From Eledone cirrhosa (lineage: Eukaryota): DNA of 64,000 nucleotides. The stretch spans positions 123,070,001-123,134,000 of the forward strand of contig OZ024740.1 of the NCBI GenBank assembly GCA_964016885.1, read 5' to 3'. A model generated the notes under the pieces. It was not told the DNA's origin. It was given only the letters and a program-made list of their open reading frames with translations, and made no database searches. Position numbers and translations under genes: made by a program. Below, in pieces: positions 14,431 through 25,250 of the stretch; position 1 is the stretch's first letter; each line of letters begins with the position of its first letter.

Positions 14431-16513
14431 AGAAAATAAAAATGGAAGGCAACATCACATGATAAGATTCCAAACTTCTGTGTCAATGTTAAAAATATTT
14501 AACAATGACACATAAATAATAGCAGAGAAGTTTAATGAGAAGTTAACATAGCTGGAACCAAGGCTTAATTTAATCTCAAATGAGAAAAAGATTTTAATCC
14601 TCAAGATTAAAGATACAACAAACACAAAAGCCTATAGACCCCAATTGCATTCCCACAACCTGCAAAGACTTAAACACATTAATATAACAGAAACTATATA
14701 AACACGTAGTAAAATAATTGTCTCCAATATTGACAAGAATATATAGGCTAATTAACCAGTAATTGTTACCAAATCCCACAAGGAAAAGAAATGTTTCTAA
14801 ATCAATATATCAATCCCAATAGAGGATAATATATTTCTGGTAAAAAAATGGAAAATTATCCAAATAAAAAGGTGGGGATAAAAAAATAGGGATAAGAAAC
14901 ATTTGGGTGCTGAAAACAAATACAATAGTTTTAATAACAAATGCCTTGGGAATGATAAAAACAAATATGCAGACAGATACATAACCAAACTCCCCTAACT
15001 TACAAATATAGACAACATAGAAAAAACAGCAATGATAGACACTAGACACGTAATATATATAGAGTAATTTAGATATAATTGAAACAACATCTAAACAAAA
15101 CACTGCACTACTAAAGGCACATAGACCAGCAATCATAATGTATTTAATGTAAGCAAAAAAAATGGATTATAGAATGACAATAATAATATTGAGGTTTGAA
15201 GTCTCTTTTCGCTTTTATTGGTTTAACTCAACCAACTATAGCTACATTAGAGCATGAACTGCATGGATCTTTGTTAGTCTGTAATAGTATCCTCTGCACT
15301 AAGTTCACTCTGTTATTTTATTGTTCTATTCTATATTTTATCAATAGGTTAAGTTATGGTTATGACTCACTACAGTCATTTTTCAACTTGTGAAATGTCA
15401 AACACATAAACAGGAACATAGGCACATACAAATATACATATTGATATATACAATGAGTTTCCATTTACCAAATTCCATTCATAAGACACATGACCTTGAG
15501 CCACCAGGGGCTATAGTAAAAGATACCATCTCAATGTATCAGGATTGAACTCAGTAGCATATAGTTGTGATGTAAAAACCTGAACCACTCAACAATGATT
15601 ACACCAATAAGTACATACAATGTTTACTTTAAATTGAGTGGTCTTCAGATGAAATTTGCATCTGAGGAACTATTCATACCAACCTCAGAGAACATGGAAA
15701 ATTATTCATATAAAATTGCCAGAACAGAAACCTTGCTTCTTCAGAGTAAAGATAAAGCGCTTAATTTTATGAAGCGGCAAATTGAATTTCCTTGGAGAGA
15801 TTGTGTTATGGTTGATGGGCACAATAATCTCCGAACTGTGATTAAAGCGATACTCGAGGCAAAACATTCTTCTATCGAATAGGAATACTAATATTGATTT
15901 TACTTCAATCTTTCATAGTTCTGATTGGAGAATTTATAATTTTTCTGGCTAAAGATACATGTAATTGGTTCTAAGCTGCATTTCATTTTAAACCTGGAAT
16001 GGACCGTTAGCAATTTAAGGTATGTGTATGCTTGTGTGTGTGTGCATTCATGTGTGTGTGTGTTATGCATGTATGTAGTGTGGATATTTTGGGGGTATTT
16101 GAATTTGCCAGCGTATATGTTAAATGGAATATATGTGTATTTTTCTGTATGCATAAATACAAATATATATATGCATGTATTTGTGTGAGTTTCTTGATAT
16201 ACCTTCATAGATAGATAGATAGTTAGATAGATAGCAAAGGAGAGAAAGAAGTGGAAAAATGAAAGAGCAAAATTGGATAAGAATGCACACATGTATTTAG
16301 ATTAAGACATTTTATAAATATGCATCAGGCATATGTAGATTGCATTTAAATAAGGTAAATACATACAGAAATCAATATGTACATATAATTATCTTAAAAC
16401 ACCTATCTACATTGTGTATGTATGCATATATATATGCAGAAGAAATTGTGTAAGAGAGATATACATCCATCTATCCATGTATATATACATGCACATACAC
16501 ACACACACACATT

Positions 16514-16554
<41 letters not shown>

Positions 16555-18081
16555 TTGTATTTGTAGATGTATATAGACAGATAGTACATTTAGAAAACAG
16601 GCATATCTAGCTATCTATTTAATAAACACTGTTTTTTGGATAACATTTAGCATTTTAGCCACACCCTGAAAAGCAAACCATGGTTGTGGGCTTAGGCTAA
16701 AAGATCTACAGCTTAGGGTCACACAACTCACAAGAGCCTCAAAATTTGAAAAAAGGAAATAATCCCCTTTGGTCATTACTGGCCATGGGATTTTAACTCA
16801 TAACTGACTCATCCTAAGTTTTCTTCTCTGAAGCACAAGTCTGGGCAAGGTGCTTTTGGAAGATCCATATTCACTCATGTATGGAAGACTCCCCTCATTA
16901 TGACATTTATGTTGTCCAAGGAATGGCAAAGGTTGATGCAGTTTGGTGCCACACTCATGGCAAAGGTTGATACAGTTTGGTACCACAATCATGGCAACTG
17001 ATTTTCCCAGCTGAATAAGCTGGGGTAAATGGAAAATAATTGTTTCTATTTTAGGCACAAGGCCAGCAATTACCCAGTAAATGGAAAATAATGTGATGTG
17101 CTCAAGAACACAATACCTTACCTGCTTCAAGTATTGAAGATGTGACTATGAAATTGAGAGTCAATCATTCTAACTACTAAGCCATGTGAATAATCAAAAT
17201 AATCAAAAAGCATTTATGTTTTCAATTAATGTGAGACCTGGTGTAATTTTATTAATAAATTGGTTCCAAGCTTTATATAGCAAGGATCTATGTCTAAATG
17301 CATTGCTGTAAAACATGTATATTCAAAACACCCATTTACAACTAAAATCTACCTTTTAAAAGCTAAAACTACTCAAATGAAATGAATGTGTTTTTGATAA
17401 ATCCTGTGACTAACATTTTATACCGGTTTATCTACAACAATTCTCCTAATGCATACACACTAATATTATTGCTGGAGAATTAAGCAGGAAGTTATACACA
17501 AACTACTATTGTGAGAAAGAACTCACAGGAGATGCAATGGAGGAAGACTTTCTCAAACATTCAATGATAAACTCTCAGCCAATAATAATCACACTAGAGA
17601 GACTTTCTCAGGAATTTTTTACTGTTTTACTGTGGCGACAATGGTGATTAATATTATTGTTCTTTCTAGCCAAATTAAGATATCCTTGTAATAATGCAAA
17701 ACCCTTTATTTATTTATTATTATTATTATTATTAAGGTTCACTGTTCTTATCAAAATATATATGATTTAACTTACTGTATATGGTTATATATTATTTTTT
17801 ACATGCCCTTTTATTATTTGTTCTATTTTATCTTAATCTCCCTTGTTCCTAGATGCTCTTCAATTTCATATGTTGTAAAATATATTGTTTTTTTATCGTA
17901 ACTTAAAATCCATTATAAAACATTATCATTTTTTTCATTTACTTTACCAAATAAATACCATCTTGTATCTTAAAATATAAATTACAACAGCTGAACATAT
18001 ATGAATTTTTGATTGAAACTATAATTTAGTACTTTTAGTGTATATATACTCACACACACACACCCATGCATATATATATAT

Positions 18082-19372
18082 TCATCATCGTTTAACGTCC
18101 ATTTTCCATGCTAGCATGTGTTAGATGGGTCGCCCCATTTGAGGTAAGTTTGGTCAGGTGACTGTGTCTTATTTATATAGGACTGTTTCTGGCTAGGTTC
18201 CTATGGCTGAATGCCATTCCTCATGGCAAGCAGATTTGCAGTGTGCACTGGGTGCTTTTTGTTGTGACACCTTCATGGTCACTTTACAATTTGAGCTGGG
18301 TGCTTTTTGTCGTGACACCTACATGACCACTTTACAGCATGGGCAGGATATGTTTGTCGCAGTGTAAGGGTGATGTGGACAGGGTTGTCTTGGTGGGGCT
18401 ATAGTGGTTAAGAGGTGCCTATTAGGTGCATAATTGATTCTGTATACATAGGAAGGCATGTCTTCTGTATTACTGCGTAGCGCCAAAGATTTTGATCCTG
18501 TGTCATTGTCTTTGAGAGGTTCAGTTGCACAGGGTCAGCATTTATAACCTTGTCCCAAGTCTTCCTGGGTCTTCCTATTCCAAGGCTTCCATCAATTTTG
18601 ATCACCCTGGACCTTTTTATACAGCTGTCATCCTTCATACGCATTACATGACCACACCAACGCAATCTTCTCCCTAGCACATTGCATCTGATCCCTCTTT
18701 TACCTAATTTCTCTCTTAGTTCATTTACACTTTGCCTTTCATGTATGCTATACTACACTTCCATCAGAGCATGCATGATTCATTTCTTTCCAGTCTTCAT
18801 AGATCCTCTGCACACAATGCCCAGTTCTCACTACCATATAGGGGTCGATAAAATAAAGTACCAGTAATGCACTGGTAAATTGCTGGCCTTGTGCCTAAAG
18901 TAGAAACAATTATATAATCTGCTCTTCATTTTAAGGGAAAAACCTTTTGAAGCTAGTAGTGATAATAGCTCTCTGAACTTTCCCCATCGCATTCTTACTC
19001 AGGCTACTCTACCTTTGGAACACCCTACTCCACTACTGATTTCATCACCGAGTTAACTGAAACAGTCAACTATTTCTATAGTACTGCCTGGCATTTGAAA
19101 GAGTAAGTGTCCTGTGGACCCTTGCTACTTACTGTACGTGAGAATCGGCAGCATATAAAGCTTACGTTCTTTGCTAGCTTGCCTGTGATCCCACTACATC
19201 TTTTATGTACTCATTGCTTGCAATTGGCATATAGGATGGAATTTCTACCTAATCCTTTCATGCACCCCGATCAAGGCCATTTCCCAGAGGGAATCTGAAC
19301 CCTGTTTTTCTTTCTACATACTAGGACTTTAGTCTTTGACAAGTTGATTTTAAGACCTTTTTACTCTAGGCC
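18082..19372 (-). mobile_element. Older RTE LINE relic with a nested SINE 3' fragment (about 18838-18912)
   Basis: ORF 18408-18680 RRLRWCGHVMRMKDDSCIK..GRPRKTW, PHD-like remnant at 19140-19300, (CAT)n tail near 18082. Confidence 0.8.
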
Positions 19373-19699
19373 ATATATATGTGCATGTGTATATTTGTAT
19401 ATATATATACGTACATTCTATTATTCTTTTTATGTATATCAGACATTAGTCTGTGATGATACTGGGGCACCAATTATATCACCCCCAGTAATTATTTTAT
19501 TGTTTTCTCAAAATACTAAATTATGGAGCACACTCAATAAAATAAAGTACCTGTAAGGTGGTGTGTTTGAGTTAAACAACTTTACTTCCCCAAACAATTG
19601 TTGGCCTTGCGCCACAATCAAAAACCCTCCTTATTATTTGCCAGGTGCTCAATGCCCTCCACCAAGCCGGCAATGCCATCAGTTGGAATCCCACTCTAG

Positions 19700-20220
19700 T
19701 GTTCTATAGAAGATTAGTGGTGAGAAACTGTGATAATGCTCTTGGAGAGGCACTGGGTATCAAAGAAATTGAACTGACTAATCTGTAGGATGACTTCCAA
19801 AAATCCTACGCTAGGTACTGGCCAACACTGCCAGTTCGAGACAAATTCTATAGGCACGGAAGTACTGTCAGACAGACCTGCCCAAGATGTGCAGAGTGAC
19901 AAAACTGTTCTGCATGCACACGTCCAATGGTTGTGCATTATTACTTGCGGAGTTATGTTGAACAGCTAGTGTCGCATGTAAGAATAATCCAGCTCTCCAC
20001 CAAGTCAATAGTGATGATTGCCCTATCACCTTCTTTTGGCCAGGAATAACAGGCAGTTTTCCTATGTCTGGTGGTCGTAGCAAAAGAGATTGGTGGACTA
20101 TGTTGAAAGGACTAAAGACATATTTTTCTCTTTGGCCAATCCCTAATCAACGTTTTCAAGTTTCACTTGGAAAGGAGAGAGAAGTGCTGCTCCCAGCATA
20201 TTTGCTAAAAGGTGGGTGCA
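19700..20220 (+). mobile_element. Decayed 3' fragment of the Tx1/L1-type LINE family seen at 61176-64000
   Basis: CTGCCAGTTCGAGACAAATTCTATAGGCACGGA..TGCCCAAGATGTGCA encodes LPVRDKFYRHG..CPRCA, matching VRDKLYRHG..CPRCA of ORF 61425-61907. Confidence 0.75.
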
Positions 20221-20354
20221 GCGTATAATTTATGATTAACAAGTTCATTATATAATTATTTTTTAACATTTCATCCATTTTATAAAGTTTCAACAAGTTT
20301 CTTAAATTTTTATTTACTTCCTTTTAGCAGTTAATAGTGCCATTAAAAAGAATA

Positions 20355-21672
20355 AAAATATGTGTAAATATGAGAATAAACGTGCTGCGTGGTTGCTAAT
20401 GGGTTACATATGAATAAAGTTAGTCCTTCATCAGTGATCTTCCAACCATCATTGGTATTTCATCACTTTAAAGACCATATACCTCCGGTTGGTGCGAACA
20501 ACGGCTAAAAAAAGTCGTTGGGACACGTAAATAAAGGGGACACGAGAGTGTAAACAAACAAAGATGGTGAAACAACGAAAAGTGAGGAAGAAGGAGTCAA
20601 GTCCCAAATTTCCATGAATATAAATTCGGTGAAATCGTGAACGAGAGAGAATAAAGACCATCAAACCTGGTTGGAATGTGAGCAAGGAAGGAATTCCGTA
20701 CAGGTCTAACGGGAGGAAGAAGGGATCTAGTCTGTGAATTCGGTGAACGTAAGTTCTGTGAAATCGTAGACGAGAGAGAGAAAAATAGCGACCTGCCTGA
20801 CCAAGGGTGCGAAAGAAAAGAATTACGCACAGGTCAAACGGGAAGAAGGAGGAGGAGGAGAGGTAGTAACAGAGAGTGAGTGAGTGAAGGGTGAGGAAGA
20901 GGCTAACAGAGAGATTGACTGTTAGAGAGGGTAAATATACAGAGAAAGAGGAAGCAGTAAGAACGAAATAGACGGGTCACAGCGGGGGAAAAATATGTGT
21001 AAATATGAGAATAAACATGCTGAAGGACTAACTTTATTCATATGTAACCCATTAGCAACCACGCAGCACGTTTATTCTCATATTTACACATATTTTTTCC
21101 CCCCGCTGTGACCCGTCTATTTCGTTCTTACTGCTTCCTCTTTCTCTGTATATTTACCCTCTCTAACAGTCAATCTCTCTGTTAGCCTCTTCCTCACCCT
21201 TCACTCACTCACTCTCTGTTACTACCTCTCCTCCTCCTCCTTCTTCCCGTTTGACCTGTGCGTAATTCTTTTCTTTTGCACCCTTGGTCAGGCAGGTCGC
21301 TTTTTTTCTCTCTCTCGTCTACGATTTCACAGAACTTACGTTCACCGAATTCACAGACTAGATCCCTTCTTCCTCCCGTTAGACCTGTACGGAATTCCTT
21401 CCTTGCTCACATTCCAACCAGGTTTGATGGTCTTTATTCTCTCTCGTTCACGATTTCACCGAATTTATATTCATGGAAATTTGGGATTGACCCCTTCTTC
21501 CTCACTTTTCGTTGCTTCACCATCTTTGTTTGTTTACACTCTCGTGTCCCCTTTATTTACGTGTCCCAACGACTTTTTTTAGCCGTTGCTCGCACCAACC
21601 AGAGGTATATGGTCTTTAAAGCGATGAAATACTAATGATGGTTGGAAGATCACTGATGAAGGATTAACTTTA

Positions 21673-21678
<6 letters not shown>
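20355..21678. repeat. Large inverted repeat; each arm is slightly more than one copy of a circularly permuted ~636-bp unit
   Basis: Minus-strand ORFs 20449-20830 and plus-strand ORF 21258-21635 give the same peptide. TGAAGGA(C/T)TAACTTTATT occurs at 21021 and 21657, and TGTGTAAATATGAG at 20361 and 20996. The right end runs into (TA)n. Confidence 0.88.
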
Positions 21679-21701
<23 letters not shown>

Positions 21702-21706
<5 letters not shown>

Positions 21707-22065
21707 TAAAAGGAAAAGAAAATGGTGACAAATTTTTCCCAGTGAAAAATAGTTTAATTAGGAATAAGTATAAATTAGTAATAAGTATTGGTTAGTATTC
21801 AGTTGTTGTTGTAAGTTTATACCGGTTGCGCATTTCTAATGCTTTTCAAAAATAATTTTGAGCGCTCTATCTCAAAATTAATTTTGAAAAGCATTAGAAA
21901 TGCGCAACCGGTATAAACTTAAAACTAAAGCTGAATACTAACCAATACTTATTACTAATTAATACTTATTCCTAATTAAACTATTTTTCACTGGGAAAAA
22001 TTTGTCAGCATTTTCTTTTCCTTTTACTAATATATCACAACTCGTGTGGTACACCTCTATTTTTT

Positions 22066-22068
<3 letters not shown>
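21702..22068. repeat. Fold-back hairpin element (arms about 160 bp) between (TA)n tracts
   Basis: 21702-21860 is the reverse complement of about 21869-22031 (ATACCGGTTGCGCATTTCTAATGCTTTTC / GAAAAGCATTAGAAATGCGCAACCGGTAT). A single-arm relative lies at about 50458-50672. Confidence 0.85.
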
Positions 22069-22105
<37 letters not shown>

Positions 22106-22449
22106 CATAAAACATTTAATGTCCTACAAGTAGATCCATTTTTGTGTTGTTATTAAAGTTTATATAGTGAACTTGATACCCATATATTGTACAATAAGAA
22201 ATTGAAAACTAATTTAATATATGAAATGCACAAAATAATCAAAAACAAGTGTCTACTTTACATTATTTTCAATTTACACTCCTACATATCTGAGTCATCA
22301 GAGTCTTCAAAAAGGACACATAACTACATAGTGACTGTGTAATTAGTTTTATATAATTATATGCAACTTCCAAAATGAACCAACAATAATGGAGCAACTG
22401 TATTAATAAAACCAGTTGGAATATTTAATAAAGTTACATTGATGTGCAG

Positions 22450-22830
22450 TGCGTATGCAAGAATACTGGTGGAATGTTCCAGTCAAAACCCAACTAAAAT
22501 ACAGGAAACATAACAGAACCAACATAGTGATATGGAACAAAGAAGGCAAGCACAATAGTGGAAATCAGCTGCCCAGCAGATGTCACTATATTGCTAAAGA
22601 TTAGTGAAAAGGAGAACATTTATGCTGAATTAATGAGAGATACTCCACTCTATCAAAATATTTAGGTTTGTACCTGCCATCATTGGGGCTCTTTAATATG
22701 ATACTAACTACCTCAGTGCAAAATTTGAGAAGTTGAGCATCACAGAACCAGGAAAAATACTCGGTTAGTTATGATGTTGCAAGTATTGTCCATTAATGGA
22801 ACTCAAAAAATATGCAAAACATTTTAGAAA
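22450..22830 (+). mobile_element. Decayed C-terminal restriction-like endonuclease relic of an R4/Dong-like element
   Basis: Translates, with frameshifts, to EYWWNVPVKT..HNRTNIVIWNKE..IVEISCPADV..EKENIYAELMR..FVPAIIGAL, paralleling HNRPDLVVVDK..IVDVACPFD..IPIVIGALG at 57666-61058. Confidence 0.65.
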
Positions 22831-22983
22831 TTCAGTATGTAATAACTGCATATACACATGTATAGATACAGAAATATGTGCACATGTACACATATAACTC
22901 AAAATATACAACTCCAGACATGCAATAATATCGATACCTGTACATGCACAGACATACATATATATTTACCTAGTTAACGTCTA

Positions 22984-25250
22984 TAAGAAGGTAGCTTGGA
23001 AGTGTCACTACGAAAGGCTTCTAAATGAGGAGAACAAATGGGAGAAAGACAGTCTCCCCCAGATCGATCCAATAGAGGGACCAGCAGTGTTAGTTGAAGG
23101 TAGTATAATAAGTAAGGCAATCAAAGATATGAAGACGGGTAAGGCGGCTGGGCCTTCGGAAATAGTTGCTGAGATGCTGAAGGCATCTGGTTCGGTGGGA
23201 CACACCATGGTCACCCGGATAGTTAACCAAGTCGTACAGAATGGGGTTGTTCCGAAGGAATGGCGTAGCAGCATCATCGTTAACTGCTATAAGGGAAAAG
23301 GAGATGCCCTAGATAGGAGTAACTATAGAGGCATTAAATTAATCGACCAGGTCATGAAGGTCACGGAAAAAGTAATAGCGCAACTAATCAGAGAGAGAAT
23401 TGATCTAGATGAAATGCAGTTCGGGTTTGTGTCAGGCAAAAGTACCACAGACGCTCTTTTCATTGTACGACAACTACAGGAGAAGTACCTAGCTAAAAGT
23501 AAACCCCTATACTTAGCTTTTGTCGACTTGGAGAAAGCCTTCGACAGAGTCCCCCGTTCCATTATCTGGTGGTCTCTTAGAAAACTAGGTGTTGACGAAT
23601 GGCTTGTGAGAGCTATACAAGCCATGTATAAAGAAACAGTCAGTAAGGTTAGAATTAACAACGAATATAGTGAAGAGTTTAGCGTAAAAGTTGGTGTCCA
23701 TCAGGGCTCTGTACTTAGCCCCCTACTATTTATTATTGCCCTTCAGGCTATAACAGAGGAGTTCAAGACCGGCTGCCCATGGGAACTCCTATACGCAGAT
23801 GATCTAACGCTCATAGCTGAATCAATGACCGAACTAGAGAAGAAATTCCAAACGTGGAAGCACGGCCTAGAATCAAAAGGCCTTAAAATTAACCTGGCTA
23901 AGACTAAAGTTCTAGTTTGTAGGAAAGAAAATAAGGCGGCGGTCCCATCGGGGAAATGGCCATGCTCAGTGTGTAGGAAAGGCGTAGGTAGAAACTCCAT
24001 TTTATGTCCCAAATGCAAAGTATGGGTGCATAAAAGATGTAGTGGGATCACAGGTAAGCTAACTAAGAACATAGATTTTACATGTGGCCGGTGCTCTGGT
24101 GCAATAAGTAGCAGCAAGTGCCCACAAAATACTAGCTCCTTCAACTGCGCAGAGGGTTCTATAGAAATAGTGGACAGCTTCCGTTATCTGGGTGACAAAA
24201 TCAGCAGTGGGGGAGGGTGCTCTGAAAGTACAGTAGCTAGAGTCAGAACTGGATGGAAAAAGTTCAGAGAGCTTATACCACTATTAGCCGCTAGAGGGTT
24301 CTCCCTCAAAATGAAAGGCAGGTTATACGATGCCTGCATACGAACAGCAATGCTGCATGGCAGTGAGACCTGGGCATTGTGTGCAGAGGATATACGCAGA
24401 CTAGAGAGGAACGAAGCTTGCATGCTCCGCTGGATGTGCAATAGTAATATACGTGAACGGCAAAGCATAAACGAACTAAGGAAAAAATTAGAAATAAGAG
24501 GGATCAGATGTTGTTTACTCGAGAGAAGGCTACGTTGGTACGGTCACGTGATGCGCATGAAAGACGACAGCTGTATAACAAAGTGCAGGGCAATAAAGAT
24601 AGACGGTAGCCACGGAGTAGGCAGACCCAGAAAAACATGGGACGAGCTGATAAATTCCGACCTCACACGCTTACACCTCTCCAAGACAATGTCACTGGAC
24701 CGAGACCTTTGGCGGTACTCAGTAATAGAGAAGACCCGCCTTACCTAAATACAAAGTAAAAACCTACTACAGTCAGTAGGCATCTCTATCAAAACACACC
24801 CCCGTCCCACCACCTCCACCCCACCCACACCGCCCCTTTCAATGTAAAGTTATGTTGGTCCCACAACATCCAGGCCGAAACAAATGAGATCGTGTAGGTG
24901 TCACGACAAAAAACACACAGTCCACGCTGTAAATGTGGCCGTGTAGGCAACACGGTAAAAACCTCCCAGCCCCACACTGTAAATGTGGTTGGTGTTAGGA
25001 AGGGCATCCAGCTGTAGAAAACCCACCAGACAGTCCACGCTGTAATGTGGCCGTGTAGGCAACACGGTAAAAACCTCCCAGCCCCACACTGTAAATGTGG
25101 TTGGTGTTAGGAAGGGCATCCAACTGTAGAAAACCCACCAGACAGTCCTATGCGAGCAAGACAACCACTCTTGCCTCAAGTGGGAAAACCCCCGTCCAAA
25201 CCCATGCAAGCGTGGAACACGGACGCTAAACCTGATGATGATGATGATGA
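22984..25250 (+). mobile_element. 5'-truncated young RTE LINE with (GAT)n tail
   Basis: Uninterrupted RT frame, 3' UTR with a ~113-bp tandem duplication, and (GAT)n tail at about 25233-25250. Confidence 0.95.
23087..24748 (+). CDS. RTE reverse transcriptase (partial, no endonuclease) with embedded PHD-like finger
   Basis: 553 aa: GKAAGPSE, NYRGIKL, QFGF, FVDLEKAFDRV, GVHQGSVLSP, YADD, C4HC3 cluster, FRYLG, LRWYGHV. The frame is open from about 22984, so the listed start is not a true start. Confidence 0.85.
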   Translation: MLVEGSIISKAIKDMKTGKAAGPSEIVAEMLKASGSVGHTMVTRIVNQVVQNGVVPKEWRSSIIVNCYKGKGDALDRSNYRGIKLIDQVMKVTEKVIAQLIRERIDLDEMQFGFVSGKSTTDALFIVRQLQEKYLAKSKPLYLAFVDLEKAFDRVPRSIIWWSLRKLGVDEWLVRAIQAMYKETVSKVRINNEYSEEFSVKVGVHQGSVLSPLLFIIALQAITEEFKTGCPWELLYADDLTLIAESMTELEKKFQTWKHGLESKGLKINLAKTKVLVCRKENKAAVPSGKWPCSVCRKGVGRNSILCPKCKVWVHKRCSGITGKLTKNIDFTCGRCSGAISSSKCPQNTSSFNCAEGSIEIVDSFRYLGDKISSGGGCSESTVARVRTGWKKFRELIPLLAARGFSLKMKGRLYDACIRTAMLHGSETWALCAEDIRRLERNEACMLRWMCNSNIRERQSINELRKKLEIRGIRCCLLERRLRWYGHVMRMKDDSCITKCRAIKIDGSHGVGRPRKTWDELINSDLTRLHLSKTMSLDRDLWRYSVIEKTRLT

